From NCBI GenBank assembly GCA_963666925.2, contig CAXXTC010000007.1:224001-288000 (forward strand): a stretch of 64,000 nucleotides of DNA, read 5' to 3'. A program made the translations under genes and the position numbers. Below the pieces are notes generated by a model. That model saw only the letters and a program-made list of their open reading frames with translations, did not search any database and had not been told where the DNA came from. Shown here piece by piece: positions 33,835 through 44,707 of this stretch. Within the stretch, counting starts at the first letter, position 1. Each line of letters starts with the position of its first letter. The stretch comes from Phycisphaerae bacterium. Its GTDB lineage: Bacteria; Planctomycetota; Phycisphaerae; UBA1845; Fen-1342.

Positions 33835-36800
33835 CTACGTTTTCGCCGGCTGAGCCTTGGGTTTGCCACCCGCCGGCGCCGCCACGTCTTCCGCCGGCAT
33901 GCTTGCCACCGCCGTCGCCTGCCCACGCAGACGATAGCTCAGGTAACGACCCAGCACCCGCACCGCGTCGTCGGCCGAGCGGAACACCGGCACGCCCGCC
34001 GCACGCAGCGATCGCACCAGCGGATCGTACAACGGCCCGGAATCAATACTCGCAATCACCGGCTTATCAGCCGCCGCAAACAGCTTCGGCAGCCGCTCAG
34101 CCAGCGAACCCGGCTGGCCAATCTCGTCCGGCGTAGTAAGCATCGCCGGCGTCAGCGGAATCAACGCCACAACCACCGCATCAACTTCCGGGCTATCCAG
34201 CAGCACCTGCACACACTCGGTGTAGGCTTCGTCGCTGCCCATCGGCGTCAGGTCGAGCGGATTGCGCGCGTTCACGAGCTGCGACAGTTTGTGTTTGGTC
34301 AGCGCCTCGCCCACCTTCTGCTTCGAAGCCTCCGACAGCTTCGCCATCGATAGCGTGTAGTCTCGCCCGAGGGTCGCGTCGGCCATGCCAACCGTCTCGA
34401 AGCCGGCGTTGCTGGTCGCACCCAGACGCATCCCGCGCACCGGCTTGGCGTGCAGCGATGTCGCCAGGTCGACCATCTGCTCAAATTCCTTAAACGACTC
34501 GACCACCAGTGCGCCGGCGTTCGCCGCCGCCGCCAGGCAAACGTCATAATCGCCCGCGACCGAAGCCGTATGTCCCGCCGCCGCCGACCGTCCCGAAGGC
34601 GTGCGGCCGGCCTTGTAGAACACAACGGTCTTGCCCGTCTCGGTGATCTGTCGCACCGCCCGCACCAAATCGAGCCCGTCCAGATCGCTGAAGCCTTCCG
34701 CATAAACACCGACGACGTCGATGTCGTCGCGCTCTCCGACCGCTCGCACCAAATCGGCGATGGTCAGGTCGATCTGGTTGCCCAGCGAGATCGCCAGGGC
34801 CGGATCGAGCACTTCCAGGTTGCTCAGTCGGCTGATGATGAATGCGCCGCTCTGCGAAACCAGCGCAACGCGCCGCGGCGGCGCCGACCAGCGATTATCC
34901 AGCTTCGACTGCGGGATGAAGAAGTTGTCATAGCGGCCGGGCCGCGACTGAATCCCCATGCAGTTCGGCCCCAGGAACACCGGCCCGCCATCGGGCATCT
35001 GCCGCCCCGCGGCGATTGCCGCCCGAATGTCCTTCTCGATTTCCTCGCTCCCCTCTTTCTCGCCCATGCCACCGGGGATCATGATCGCCGCCCCAACCTT
35101 ACCGCTGGAGATCACGTCGCGCGTGATATCGGGCATCGCCGGCGCCGGTGCGGCAATGACGAGCATGTCCACCAACTCGGGCAGGTCCGCGACGGTCGGC
35201 ACGCACTTGATTCCGTCGATTTCCTTTTCCTTGTCCTTGATGACGTACATGTGCTTCGTATCAAAGCCGCAATTCTTGATGTTGTTCAGGATGATCCGGC
35301 CAAAGTTCATCGAACTGCTGGACACGCCGAGAACGGCGCAGGCCCGCGGCTCGAGCAATCTGCGAATCTTGTCCAGCGGCCGTGCCGGCAGGGCCTTGGT
35401 GGCCGGCCCGAGCCGACCGCGTCCATCGAGCGGAACCATGCGCTCCTGGCGAAACGCGAACGGGTTGACCTCCAGTTCGGCAATGTCGGGCCCGCCCACG
35501 CCGCGATCGGTGCAGAAGTGCTGCGCGATCGAGATAAACGCCCGGAAACAACGCAGCAGCTCGCCGTCCGAGACGATGCGATGGTGCCCGCGGGCCTGGC
35601 CCGAGAGCAGCTCATAGGCGGCCGTCTGCCGAAACAGCTCGAAAAACTCCTCTGCGGTCGTGTCGGCCGCACAGGCCTTCGCGACGGCCAGGCCGGGCTT
35701 CATCTTGCTGGCGAGGTATTCGGTGTCGACGCCACCCAGGCCGGCAGCGATGACCGGGCCGAACTCACGCGTCGCCCGCACCCCAACGAACAGCTCGTGC
35801 CCAAAGCCAGAGCTGCGCCGCTCGACGAACTCGACCACCAGAATGCCCTCGACGCGGGCGTTTTCGCTGTGGTGGCTGACCATGCGTTCGAGTTCGCGTT
35901 TCACGGTGTCGTAATCGTTCGGGACGAAAACGACCCCTTGCGCTTCGGTCTTGTGAATGATGTCCTGCGAGACGACCTTCAGCACGATGCGCTCAGAGGT
36001 GAACGCCTCCAGCGCCTCGCGTGAGATCAGGTTCCCCTTGGGCACGAAGACGTAGCGCGGCGGAGAGATAGCCCCGACCAACTCGACCAGCATGTAAACT
36101 TCGTGCTCGTACAGCGGCCGCCGGCCTTCCTCGTACGCCCGCAGCAGTGTTCGCTCAAACGCCGTCGCCTCGGCCCCGGTGAGCTGGCCGTCCGCCTGGG
36201 TGATGTCATCGAAGCTTGGCGGGGTGGGTGGCTCATCCCCGGACAGCTCCTCGACCGACAGCCCGTCGATCCAGCTTCGCACCGCCCGCGACGACGCGCC
36301 GCGCCCCAGGCCCTCGCGATACGCCGCCGCCGCGTTCCGGCCCAGCCGAAACGCCTGTCGATTGACATTGACAATCTTGTCGCCTTTGCTGGCGAACATC
36401 TGGGCGACGGCTTCTTCGAGTTCGTCGGCCTCTATATCGAGGAACAGCGACCCCGCCCCGAGCGTGACGATGTTGGCCGCCCGAACGGAGCCGGCCGCCT
36501 TGGCCAACCCGTCGGCGTCGATCAGCACATGGCGCGGGAAATCGGCCACCCGGTCGAGCAACTGCTCGATCGTCGGATAGTTCTCGATGTTCACGAACGC
36601 GTTGGTGCTTACGACCAGCACGCCGTCATTGCTGAGATACTGCACGTAGCGCAGCGCCTCCAGCGGCTCAACGGCGAAGATCAGGTCGGCCCGACCGAAT
36701 GGGATCAGGTCACTGTACAGCTCGTGGTCGGCTATGCGCAGGTGAGACTGCACCGCGCCGCCACGCTGCGACATCCCGTGCACCTCCGCCTGCCGCAGGT

Positions 36801-36894
36801 TCAGGTTGCGGCGCAGCGCGGCGATCGAAATGGCCTTGGCGATCGTGAGAATGCCCTGTCCACCAACACCGGCTAGAATCAGATTCTGTTCCAC
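33835..36894 (-). CDS. Fusion: indolepyruvate oxidoreductase beta (IorB) + ADP-forming acyl-CoA synthetase (ATP-grasp beta + CoA-binding alpha)
   Basis: GTG 36894 after GAGGAAG. N-terminal AGVGGQGILT and EVHGMSQRGGAV (IorB). Middle VLKVVSQDIIHKTE, EFGPVIAAGLGG and ELEVNPF (ATP-grasp). C-terminal GPNCMG, VSQSGA, SLGNQID, GHTASVAG and NPLDLT (ACD alpha). Confidence 0.9.
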   Translation of the reverse strand: MEQNLILAGVGGQGILTIAKAISIAALRRNLNLRQAEVHGMSQRGGAVQSHLRIADHELYSDLIPFGRADLIFAVEPLEALRYVQYLSNDGVLVVSTNAFVNIENYPTIEQLLDRVADFPRHVLIDADGLAKAAGSVRAANIVTLGAGSLFLDIEADELEEAVAQMFASKGDKIVNVNRQAFRLGRNAAAAYREGLGRGASSRAVRSWIDGLSVEELSGDEPPTPPSFDDITQADGQLTGAEATAFERTLLRAYEEGRRPLYEHEVYMLVELVGAISPPRYVFVPKGNLISREALEAFTSERIVLKVVSQDIIHKTEAQGVVFVPNDYDTVKRELERMVSHHSENARVEGILVVEFVERRSSGFGHELFVGVRATREFGPVIAAGLGGVDTEYLASKMKPGLAVAKACAADTTAEEFFELFRQTAAYELLSGQARGHHRIVSDGELLRCFRAFISIAQHFCTDRGVGGPDIAELEVNPFAFRQERMVPLDGRGRLGPATKALPARPLDKIRRLLEPRACAVLGVSSSSMNFGRIILNNIKNCGFDTKHMYVIKDKEKEIDGIKCVPTVADLPELVDMLVIAAPAPAMPDITRDVISSGKVGAAIMIPGGMGEKEGSEEIEKDIRAAIAAGRQMPDGGPVFLGPNCMGIQSRPGRYDNFFIPQSKLDNRWSAPPRRVALVSQSGAFIISRLSNLEVLDPALAISLGNQIDLTIADLVRAVGERDDIDVVGVYAEGFSDLDGLDLVRAVRQITETGKTVVFYKAGRTPSGRSAAAGHTASVAGDYDVCLAAAANAGALVVESFKEFEQMVDLATSLHAKPVRGMRLGATSNAGFETVGMADATLGRDYTLSMAKLSEASKQKVGEALTKHKLSQLVNARNPLDLTPMGSDEAYTECVQVLLDSPEVDAVVVALIPLTPAMLTTPDEIGQPGSLAERLPKLFAAADKPVIASIDSGPLYDPLVRSLRAAGVPVFRSADDAVRVLGRYLSYRLRGQATAVASMPAEDVAAPAGGKPKAQPAKT

Positions 36895-37059
36895 GTTGCG
36901 CTTCCTCTTCCAGTCAAAGCCATCGTAAGAACCTGCCCCGCACACGCATCAGCCACCGGCCGAATACGTGCAGCGCAGATCAATGTACATTCTCACGTGT
37001 CGTGCTCCCAACTGGTCGCCCCGGGCACCCATTCCTGGCCGCCTCAGGCCGACGCGAAC

Positions 37060-38697
37060 CTACTCTCCGCAGGCGCCGCAAGCGGCCTTGTTCTTCGCCG
37101 CTTGCGGGGCGGGCTGCGCCTTGCGCCGATTGTGGATGCACTCACGCCGCGCAACTATCACCGATAGCCCGCGGTGGTTCAGCTCCTTGCGGATCAGATC
37201 GACATTCTGTTTGTGATCCTTCGGCAGTGGATCAATCACATGCAGGTGTGCCTCGTTGACGCCCAGCCCCTTCAGCAGTTTGATCAGGTCTTCGCCGGCT
37301 GCCATCGTCTCCTGTCCACCCGTCATCGCCACCGTCGCGTTGTCCAGAACGAATACCGTCATGTTGGCGTCGGCACGGACGGCACCAATCAGCGGTGTCA
37401 TGCCCGAGTGGGCAAACGTCGAATCGCCAATAGTGCACAGCACCGGATGCGCACCCGCCTGAGACGCACCGTGTGCCATCGCGATCGACGCACCCATATC
37501 AACGCACGAGTGAACCGCGCGGTAGGGCGGCAGCACGCCCAGCGTGTAACAGCCAATATCGCTGAACAGAGCCGCGCCCGCCTCGTTCGCAGTCGCGTCG
37601 ATCATCGCCTTGAACGTGTCCGCATGCGGACAACCCCGGCACAACGCCGGCGGACGGCTATTCAGATCACCCAACTCCGCTGGATGCTCCGGCACCGGCT
37701 GCCCCAGAGCTGTCGCTACCAGGTCCGGCGACAATTCCCCATCGGGCGGAAGATGCCCGGTCAGCTTGCCGTGAATCGCCTTGCCCGGCAGACCCAGCAC
37801 ACCGTTGAGCCGCTTCTCAATGTACGGGTACCCCTCTTCAATAACGATAATCTCTTCGCAATGATCAACCAGTTCTCGAATACGCTCCACCGGGAATGGA
37901 TAAACGCCGATGCGCAGAACCGAGAAGTCGCTTCGACCACCGATCAGTTCCTGCACGTAATTGTGCGCCAGGCCGGCCGTGATGATGCCGCGTTTGCCGG
38001 CCAGCGTCAGCGTCGTGTAGGACGACTTGTCCGACCATTCACGCAGCGTCGGCTGCATCTCAATCAACTGTCGGAAACGCCGCCGGGCGTTTGACGGGAC
38101 CAGCGTCCAGTTGTTCGGATCCGGAGCGCCCGTGTCGCGCGGCTTGGAATCAGCCTGGTCTGGCGGATCCACACACACATTCGCTCGGCTATGCGCCAAA
38201 CGCGTTACCACCCGCAGCATCACCGGCAGGTTGAACTGCTCCGAGACGTCGAACGCCTCACGCGTCATCTCATATGCCTGCTGCTGATTCGCCGGCTCAA
38301 AAACCGGAATCTGGGCGAACTCGGCGTAATACCGGCTGTCCTGCTCGTTCTGCGACGAGTGCATCCCCGGATCGTCCGCTACCGCCAGTACGATCCCGCC
38401 GTTAACCCCTGTCAGGGCCGAGTTTATGAACGGATCGGCCGCGACGTTCAGACCCACGTGCTTCATCGACACGATCGCTCGTCGACCAGCGTACGAATGC
38501 CCCAGCGCTTCCTCGTACGCGACCTTTTCGTTGGCCGACCAGCGCGCCTTCGGCGACCCGTGCTTCCGCGACCACGCCTGGATGAACTCAAAAATCTCGG
38601 TCGCAGGCGTGCCAGGGTAGGCAAATGCTCCCCCGATGCCGGCATGGATCGCACCCAATGCGACCGCTTCGTCTCCCAGCAACAATTCAGTCTTCAT
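37060..38697 (-). CDS. iorA: Indolepyruvate ferredoxin oxidoreductase alpha subunit
   Basis: LLGDEAVA, YPGTPATEI, NEKVAYE, MKHVGLNVAAD, SSQNEQDSR, LCRGCPH, DIGCYTLG, IGDSTFAHSG, AMTGGQ. Confidence 0.93.
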   Translation of the reverse strand: MKTELLLGDEAVALGAIHAGIGGAFAYPGTPATEIFEFIQAWSRKHGSPKARWSANEKVAYEEALGHSYAGRRAIVSMKHVGLNVAADPFINSALTGVNGGIVLAVADDPGMHSSQNEQDSRYYAEFAQIPVFEPANQQQAYEMTREAFDVSEQFNLPVMLRVVTRLAHSRANVCVDPPDQADSKPRDTGAPDPNNWTLVPSNARRRFRQLIEMQPTLREWSDKSSYTTLTLAGKRGIITAGLAHNYVQELIGGRSDFSVLRIGVYPFPVERIRELVDHCEEIIVIEEGYPYIEKRLNGVLGLPGKAIHGKLTGHLPPDGELSPDLVATALGQPVPEHPAELGDLNSRPPALCRGCPHADTFKAMIDATANEAGAALFSDIGCYTLGVLPPYRAVHSCVDMGASIAMAHGASQAGAHPVLCTIGDSTFAHSGMTPLIGAVRADANMTVFVLDNATVAMTGGQETMAAGEDLIKLLKGLGVNEAHLHVIDPLPKDHKQNVDLIRKELNHRGLSVIVARRECIHNRRKAQPAPQAAKNKAACGACGE

Positions 38698-38882
38698 GGT
38701 GCTGTTCTCTCTGTTGTTGGCGGACCAGCTCGCTCGACGGGATCACGCTGCACCCCGGAAGGGCGCCGACGGCGACCCGCGCCCGGCTAGCATAATGCAT
38801 TTCACCCCCGCAGAAAACCGCTTCCACAACGCTCGTTTTACGAACAATCACGACGTGATTGCGAACGGATCGTCTCAATACA

Positions 38883-39552
38883 TTACTTTTCTGGCCAGCC
38901 CGCCGCGCCGATTAGCTTAACAAACCGGCATTTAAGGACTTCCCGCTCCTCGAAGCGCTCTTCCGCCCCGCGCCGCACCAGCACCAGCGTCTGGTCGCTC
39001 GGCGGCCCCACCGGCGCCACCAGCCGACCACCCGGTGCCAATTGCTCACGCAGCGCCGGCGGAACCTGCGGAGCACCCGCCGTCACCATAATCGCATCAA
39101 ACGGCGCCTCTTCCGGCCAGCCCAGCGTGCCGTCGCCCACGCGGTAGGTTAGATTCGTCAGCCCCAGTCGGCCGATTCGCTTCTCTGCCTCAGGCAGCAG
39201 GCTCGCCTGCCGTTCGATCGTGAACACCGTTGCCGTCAGCAACGCCAGAATCGCCGCCTGATAGCCCGAGCCCGTGCCGATCTCCAGCACACGCTCCGTC
39301 CCCTTCAGCTCCAGCAGTTCCGTCATCCGCCCGACCATGTACGGCTGCGAAATCGTCTGCCCACATTCAATCGGCAGCGCCCCGTCGGCATACGCGTAGC
39401 CCGTCTGCCCGGCAGACACGAAATACTCCCGCGGTACACGCCGCATCGCCGCCCAGCACCCGCTCGTCGTGAATGCCACGCTGGAAGAGCTGCTTATCCA
39501 CCATGCGGACCCGCTCATTCAGCCGCGTGTCATGATCATCAAGCGGTTCCAT
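38883..39552 (-). CDS. pcm: Protein-L-isoaspartate O-methyltransferase (single +1 frameshift near 39453)
   Basis: N-terminal RMVDKQLFQRGIHDERVL in one frame; AMRRVPREYFV, GQTISQPY, VLEIGTGSGYQAA and APFDAIMVTAG in the next. Extra G in GTGCTGGGCGGCG. Confidence 0.88.
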
Positions 39553-39608
39553 GTGTGCCTGCCAATCAGAAGCTCCGTGGTCTGGCCGATTGACGGCCCG
39601 CATTCCGC

Positions 39609-40268
39609 TCACCCGCCAAGCAGCTCGCCGATCATCTCCGGCGAAATCTCGCCCAGCTCATCCACCACACGTTGTGCGCCCGCGTCGATCAGCTTCGCCC
39701 GGGTGGTTGTGCTCGTCAGCCCGATAACCTGCATCCCCGCCGCAACCCCGGCCCGCACGCCCACCGGTGCATCTTCAACCACCACGCAATCCTCAGCTCG
39801 CAAACCCGCACGCCGAGCCGCCAGAAGAAAACAATCCGGCGCCGGCTTGCCACGCTCCACATCCCGGCCATTCACCGTTACCGCGAAGTACTGCCGCAGA
39901 TCACCTTCCGCCAGCACCTGCTCAAGATTCTCCGGCGGACCCGATGTCCCCACCGCAAGCACGCAACCAGCCTGTTGCAGAGTGCCTAACAACTCGCAAC
40001 ACCCCGGCATCAACGGCAACCGACCGCGGATCAGCTCGCGATACACGGCCTCCTTCTCCGCGTCATATTCCTCGACCTGCGCGTCCGTGACGTCGGCCCC
40101 CCAGATCGTCCGAATGATCTCGCTGCTGCGCTGCCCGAACGACCGCTTGAATCGTTCCTCCGAGATCTCGATCCCGTGTTGCCGCGCCAACTGCCGCCAG
40201 CTCTCATGATGCGGCTTGGCCGAATCCACGAGCACACCATCCATATCAAATACAACGCCTTGCGGCAT
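39609..40268 (-). CDS. HAD family phosphatase (beta-phosphoglucomutase-like)
   Basis: FDMDGVLVDS, GKPAPD, VEDAPVG. Confidence 0.9.
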   Translation of the reverse strand: MPQGVVFDMDGVLVDSAKPHHESWRQLARQHGIEISEERFKRSFGQRSSEIIRTIWGADVTDAQVEEYDAEKEAVYRELIRGRLPLMPGCCELLGTLQQAGCVLAVGTSGPPENLEQVLAEGDLRQYFAVTVNGRDVERGKPAPDCFLLAARRAGLRAEDCVVVEDAPVGVRAGVAAGMQVIGLTSTTTRAKLIDAGAQRVVDELGEISPEMIGELLGG

Positions 40269-40314
40269 GCCGATCTCCAGGGTTACTGCTTCGAAAGAGG
40301 CGTCCAGGGCCCTT

Positions 40315-40367
40315 GTGGCACCGGTTTTTAACCGGTGGGTCATGCCGGTCACGAACCCCAGTGCCAC
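40315..40367. repeat. REP-like inverted pair
   Basis: GTGG-CACCGGTT-TTT-AACCGGTG ... CAGTGCCAC. Confidence 0.6.
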
Positions 40368-40430
40368 AATTCCCGGATAAGTTCCACTTTGATCCGGAAT
40401 GGTGTACGGAGTACATGTGGCCTGCTTCGG

Positions 40431-41118
<688 letters not shown>

Positions 41119-41126
<8 letters not shown>

Positions 41127-42255
41127 ACCGCAGCGCCTCCGCCGGCGAGATCCGCGCCGCCCGCGCCGCCGGCACCAGCGCCCCCAGCAAACTCAGCACT
41201 TCCGCTACCACCAGTGCCAACAAGAATGGCTGCCAGCCGAACTGCGGCTCAAGGTACTGCTCCGCCGTCCGTATCCGCGTCGCCAGTTGTGCCAGCCCGA
41301 TCCCCATAACGCATCCCAGCCCGCACGCCAGCAACCCGACACCGCCCGCCTCGATCAGAATCAGCGTCACAATCCGTCGCCGGCCCCACCCGACGGCCCG
41401 CAACACGCCAATCTCCCGCGCCCGCTCGAGCACCGACATCCACATCGTGTTCGCGACGACGATGCCTCCCACGATCAGTGCGATAAACGAGATCGCGTAC
41501 ACCCCGCCGTTCATGACTTCCAGCCCGCGGTCGACCTTGTTATACGTCTCCGCCCCACTCACCGCGACCACGCCGGGCACGTCGCGCTCAATCCGCTCGG
41601 CTGCCGCCTCCGCATCCACCCCCGGCTCCAGGTACACCTGCACGGTTGTCACGCGCCCCGCGTTGCCGGTCAGCTCCTGCAAGTGCGGCAGGCTGACCAG
41701 CACGGCCCCGTTCAGAAACACCACGTCCGTCCTGAAGATCCCCACGATCTCGTGCGTTATACCGCGAATATCGAGCGTGTCGCCCACGTCTTTCTCAAAC
41801 ACCTTCCGCGCGATCGTGCCAAGCATGACCTCACGGTCGTTTTCAGGTTGGCGCCCGCGGACGAGTTCCTCCCCCACCCGCGGCAGATCCGCGAGCTGCA
41901 TTCCGAACAGTATGACAAACGGCTCCGCCTCCACCGGCAGAACGCACCACAGCACGCCGATGGTCTCCGCGACGCCCGGCACCTCGCGCAGCACGGCGCA
42001 GGTCTGCTCCTCGTCGAGCACGCTGAAGATATCCGCCGCTACGCCGGCCTGAAACACCATCAGGTCCCCGTTGTTGATGCGTACCAGCCCATCGATCGCC
42101 CGCCACATCCCCTGTGCCAGCGTGCTGAACGCGACGATCGCCGACACGCCGATGGCCACGCCCAGCGCCGTCAGTCCGGTACGCATCCGCCGGCGCAGCA
42201 GGTTGCGCGCCGCCATGCGCAGCGTCGTCAAAGGTGCCGATCGGCCCGTGAACAT
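41119..42255 (-). CDS. ABC transporter permease (MacB/FtsX family)
   Basis: RNLLRRRMRTGLTALGVAIGV, MSVLERAREIGVLRAVGW, PAARAARISPAEALRYE. Confidence 0.93.
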
Positions 42256-42291
42256 GGCCGTATCTTAGCCCCCCGCGCCCCAAACAGAACA

Positions 42292-42398
42292 GTGTGGCAT
42301 GGACTAATGGCTTTGGCCCCCAACACAGCAGTGGGGCACGGGTAAATAGCCCGTGTACCGGCCATTGGCCGGTGCCACACAGATTGGCCAGTGCCACA
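42292..42398. repeat. Degenerate REP-like cluster in the divergent intergenic region
   Basis: GTGGCATGG, GCACGGG-TAAATAG-CCCGTGT, ACCGGCCA-T-TGGCCGGT-GCCAC, GGCCAGTGCCAC. Confidence 0.55.
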
Positions 42399-42509
42399 CT
42401 GAGCTTTTCGCAGGCGTTCTTAAGTTTCCCCCCGCAATGCGATATGCTAAGCCCGCTCTGCCGCTGGCGGTCCGACGACCGGCGACCAGTACCGTGGAGG
42501 AGTGCCAAC

Positions 42510-43982
42510 ATGCGCCCCAAGCTCCGTTTCCTCACCGACGACCTCATCCAACGCATCGTCAGCGAAGCCCGCGACGTCCTCGACCAGCTCGGCGTCGAGA
42601 TCAACAACCCGCAGGTCGTCGACCTCCTCGCCGACCACGGCGCCCGTGTAGATCGCGACCACAACCGCGTCCACATCCCGGCCGAACTGATCGACCGCGC
42701 ACTCCAGACCACACCCGCCAGCTTCACCCTGCACGACGTCTTCGGCGAACAGACCCACGACCTCGGCGGCGACCGTGTCCACTTCACCCCCGGCTCCGCT
42801 GCCATCAACTGGCTCGACCACCGCGCCGGCCAAATCCGCCCGGCAACCACCAGCGACTACGTCGACTACGTCAAGGTCGTCAGCGGCCTGCCGCACATCG
42901 CCTCACAGAGCACCGCCGTTATCCCCGCCGACGTCCACGAACGCATCTCCGACAGCTACCGCCTGTTCCTCAGCCTCATCTGGGGCACCAAACCCGTCGT
43001 CACCGGCGCGTTCACGGCCGAAGCATTCGACATCATGCGCGATCTCCAGCTCGCCATCCGCGGCAGCGAGGGAGCGCTGGCCGAACTCCCGCTCACCATC
43101 TTCTCCTGCTGTCCGACCGCGCCGCTCAAGTGGAGCCACGCCACCTCGCAGAACGTTTTCGACTGCGCCCGTTATAACATCCCGGTCGAATACATTTCCA
43201 TGCCCCTCACCGGCTTCGTCGCACCCGTCACGCTCGTCGGCGCGCTCGTTCAGCACACCGCCGAAACGCTCAGCGGCATCGTCATCACCCAGCACACCCG
43301 TCCCGGGGCCCCCGCGCTCTACGGCGGGTCGCCCGCCGCCTTCGACGTCCGCTACGAAACCACCCCAATGGGCGCCATCGAAACCATGATGATCGACTGC
43401 GCCTACAACGAGATCGGCAAGTCGCTCGGCCTGCCCACCCAGGCTTACATCGGCCTCAGCGACGCCAAACGCGTCGATGCCCAGGCTGGCGCCGAGGCCG
43501 CCAACGGCACCACACTCGCCGCCCTCGCTGGCATCAACAACATCTCCGGCCCCGGCATGATCGACTTCGAAAGCTGCCTCAGCCTCGAAAACCTCGTCCT
43601 CGACAACGAGCTGTGCGGAATGGCCCTGCGCATGCTTCGCGGCATCGAGCCACGCGACGATTTCCCCGCCATTCCACATTTCACCGAGCTGCTCCAGGAA
43701 GGCCACCTGCTGATCTCCGCCCACACGCGGAAACACCTGCGCACCGAGCACACTTTCCCCGGGCCGGTGATCGACCGCGCCAACCGCGCCCGCTGGCAGG
43801 AGGAGGGTGGCTTGCTGTTTGGCGACCGCGCCCGCCGCGAAGTCGACCGCCTCATCGCCGATTATCAACCCAGCGTTCTGCCCGACACCGTCAAAAGAGA
43901 CCTGGAACATCGTATGAGGGCCGAAGCGCGGCGCTTCGGCATGGACCAGTTGCCACACGAGAAGCTGTGCGTTCCGAGCTGA
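42510..43982 (+). CDS. Non-pyrrolysine trimethylamine:corrinoid methyltransferase family protein (MttB superfamily)
   Basis: RBS GGAGGAG. MttB-like motifs LDQLGVEI, APVTLVGALVQHTAETLSG, PGAPALYG, GLP...SDAKRVDAQAG, GPGMID and LVLDNE. No in-frame amber codon. Confidence 0.9.
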   Translation: MRPKLRFLTDDLIQRIVSEARDVLDQLGVEINNPQVVDLLADHGARVDRDHNRVHIPAELIDRALQTTPASFTLHDVFGEQTHDLGGDRVHFTPGSAAINWLDHRAGQIRPATTSDYVDYVKVVSGLPHIASQSTAVIPADVHERISDSYRLFLSLIWGTKPVVTGAFTAEAFDIMRDLQLAIRGSEGALAELPLTIFSCCPTAPLKWSHATSQNVFDCARYNIPVEYISMPLTGFVAPVTLVGALVQHTAETLSGIVITQHTRPGAPALYGGSPAAFDVRYETTPMGAIETMMIDCAYNEIGKSLGLPTQAYIGLSDAKRVDAQAGAEAANGTTLAALAGINNISGPGMIDFESCLSLENLVLDNELCGMALRMLRGIEPRDDFPAIPHFTELLQEGHLLISAHTRKHLRTEHTFPGPVIDRANRARWQEEGGLLFGDRARREVDRLIADYQPSVLPDTVKRDLEHRMRAEARRFGMDQLPHEKLCVPS

Positions 43983-44680
43983 CCTTCAATATCGCCGACG
44001 CCCGGCCCAACCAGGCCGACGTCCTTGCCCTCCAGGGTGTCCCCCGCGACCGCGCTGTCGACGACCGCACCGCGCGCCTCTTCACCGACGCGCTCGATCG
44101 GCTCAACTCGCTCGCCAAGCCGGCCGGCGTTTTGCTCGAAATCGACGAGCCCACTTTCGAGAACGTCTACCACGGCGCCGGCCACAATGCCGAGCGCACC
44201 CCCATCGGCGACATCTTCAGTCTCGCCGACGCCCTGGCGCTCTTCGCCGTAACGCTCGGCCCCGCCGTAACGGACGAGTTACGCGTCTGTTTCGACCGCG
44301 GCGCGCTCGCCCTAGGCGCCATGCTCGACGCCGCCGCCTCCTGCGCCGCCGACAATATCGCTACCCTCACCGAGCAGCGCTTCACGGACCTGCTGCGCGA
44401 CGGTGGCCGACTCACGCCCGACACCCGCGTGCTGGGCTACAGCCCCGGCTATTGCGGCTGGGACATTACCGCCCAGCGCCGTCTGTTCGCCACGCTCCAA
44501 CCCGAGCAGATCGGCATCCAGCTCGGCGAAACCTGCCTGATGGAACCCTTGAAATCGGTCAGCGGCGTGCTCGTCGCCGGCCCGACCCAGATACACGCGT
44601 TCGAGATGGTTTACCCCCAGTGCCGCACGTGCACGCAGCACAGTTGTCGCCAGCGCAACGGGCAGTCGCACGCCGGCTGA
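43967..44680 (+). CDS. Stand-alone vitamin B12-dependent methionine synthase activation (AdoMet-binding) domain protein
   Basis: GTG overlapping the MttB-like gene end; FAVTLG, YSPGYCGWDI..Q, IGIQL....LMEPLKSVSGV; C-terminal CxxCxxxxC. Confidence 0.85.
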   Translation: MRSELTFNIADARPNQADVLALQGVPRDRAVDDRTARLFTDALDRLNSLAKPAGVLLEIDEPTFENVYHGAGHNAERTPIGDIFSLADALALFAVTLGPAVTDELRVCFDRGALALGAMLDAAASCAADNIATLTEQRFTDLLRDGGRLTPDTRVLGYSPGYCGWDITAQRRLFATLQPEQIGIQLGETCLMEPLKSVSGVLVAGPTQIHAFEMVYPQCRTCTQHSCRQRNGQSHAG

Positions 44681-44707
44681 CCTCGTGCCGACGCAGGAGT
44701 GATACAC

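Noticed and set aside
34450..36024. Long antisense ORFs (e.g., 34450-36024 +, 29546-30616 -, 42903-43958 -, 55032-56090 -)
   Set aside because: Shadow ORFs opposite well-supported genes, expected in high-GC DNA; no protein motifs.
42400..42510. Cobalamin or SAM riboswitch ahead of the methyltransferase cluster
   Set aside because: The leader is short and lacks recognisable B12-box or S-box consensus.
43430..43500. Pyrrolysine (amber) codon in the MttB-like gene
   Set aside because: The frame is open through GLPTQAYIGLSDAK with no TAG.
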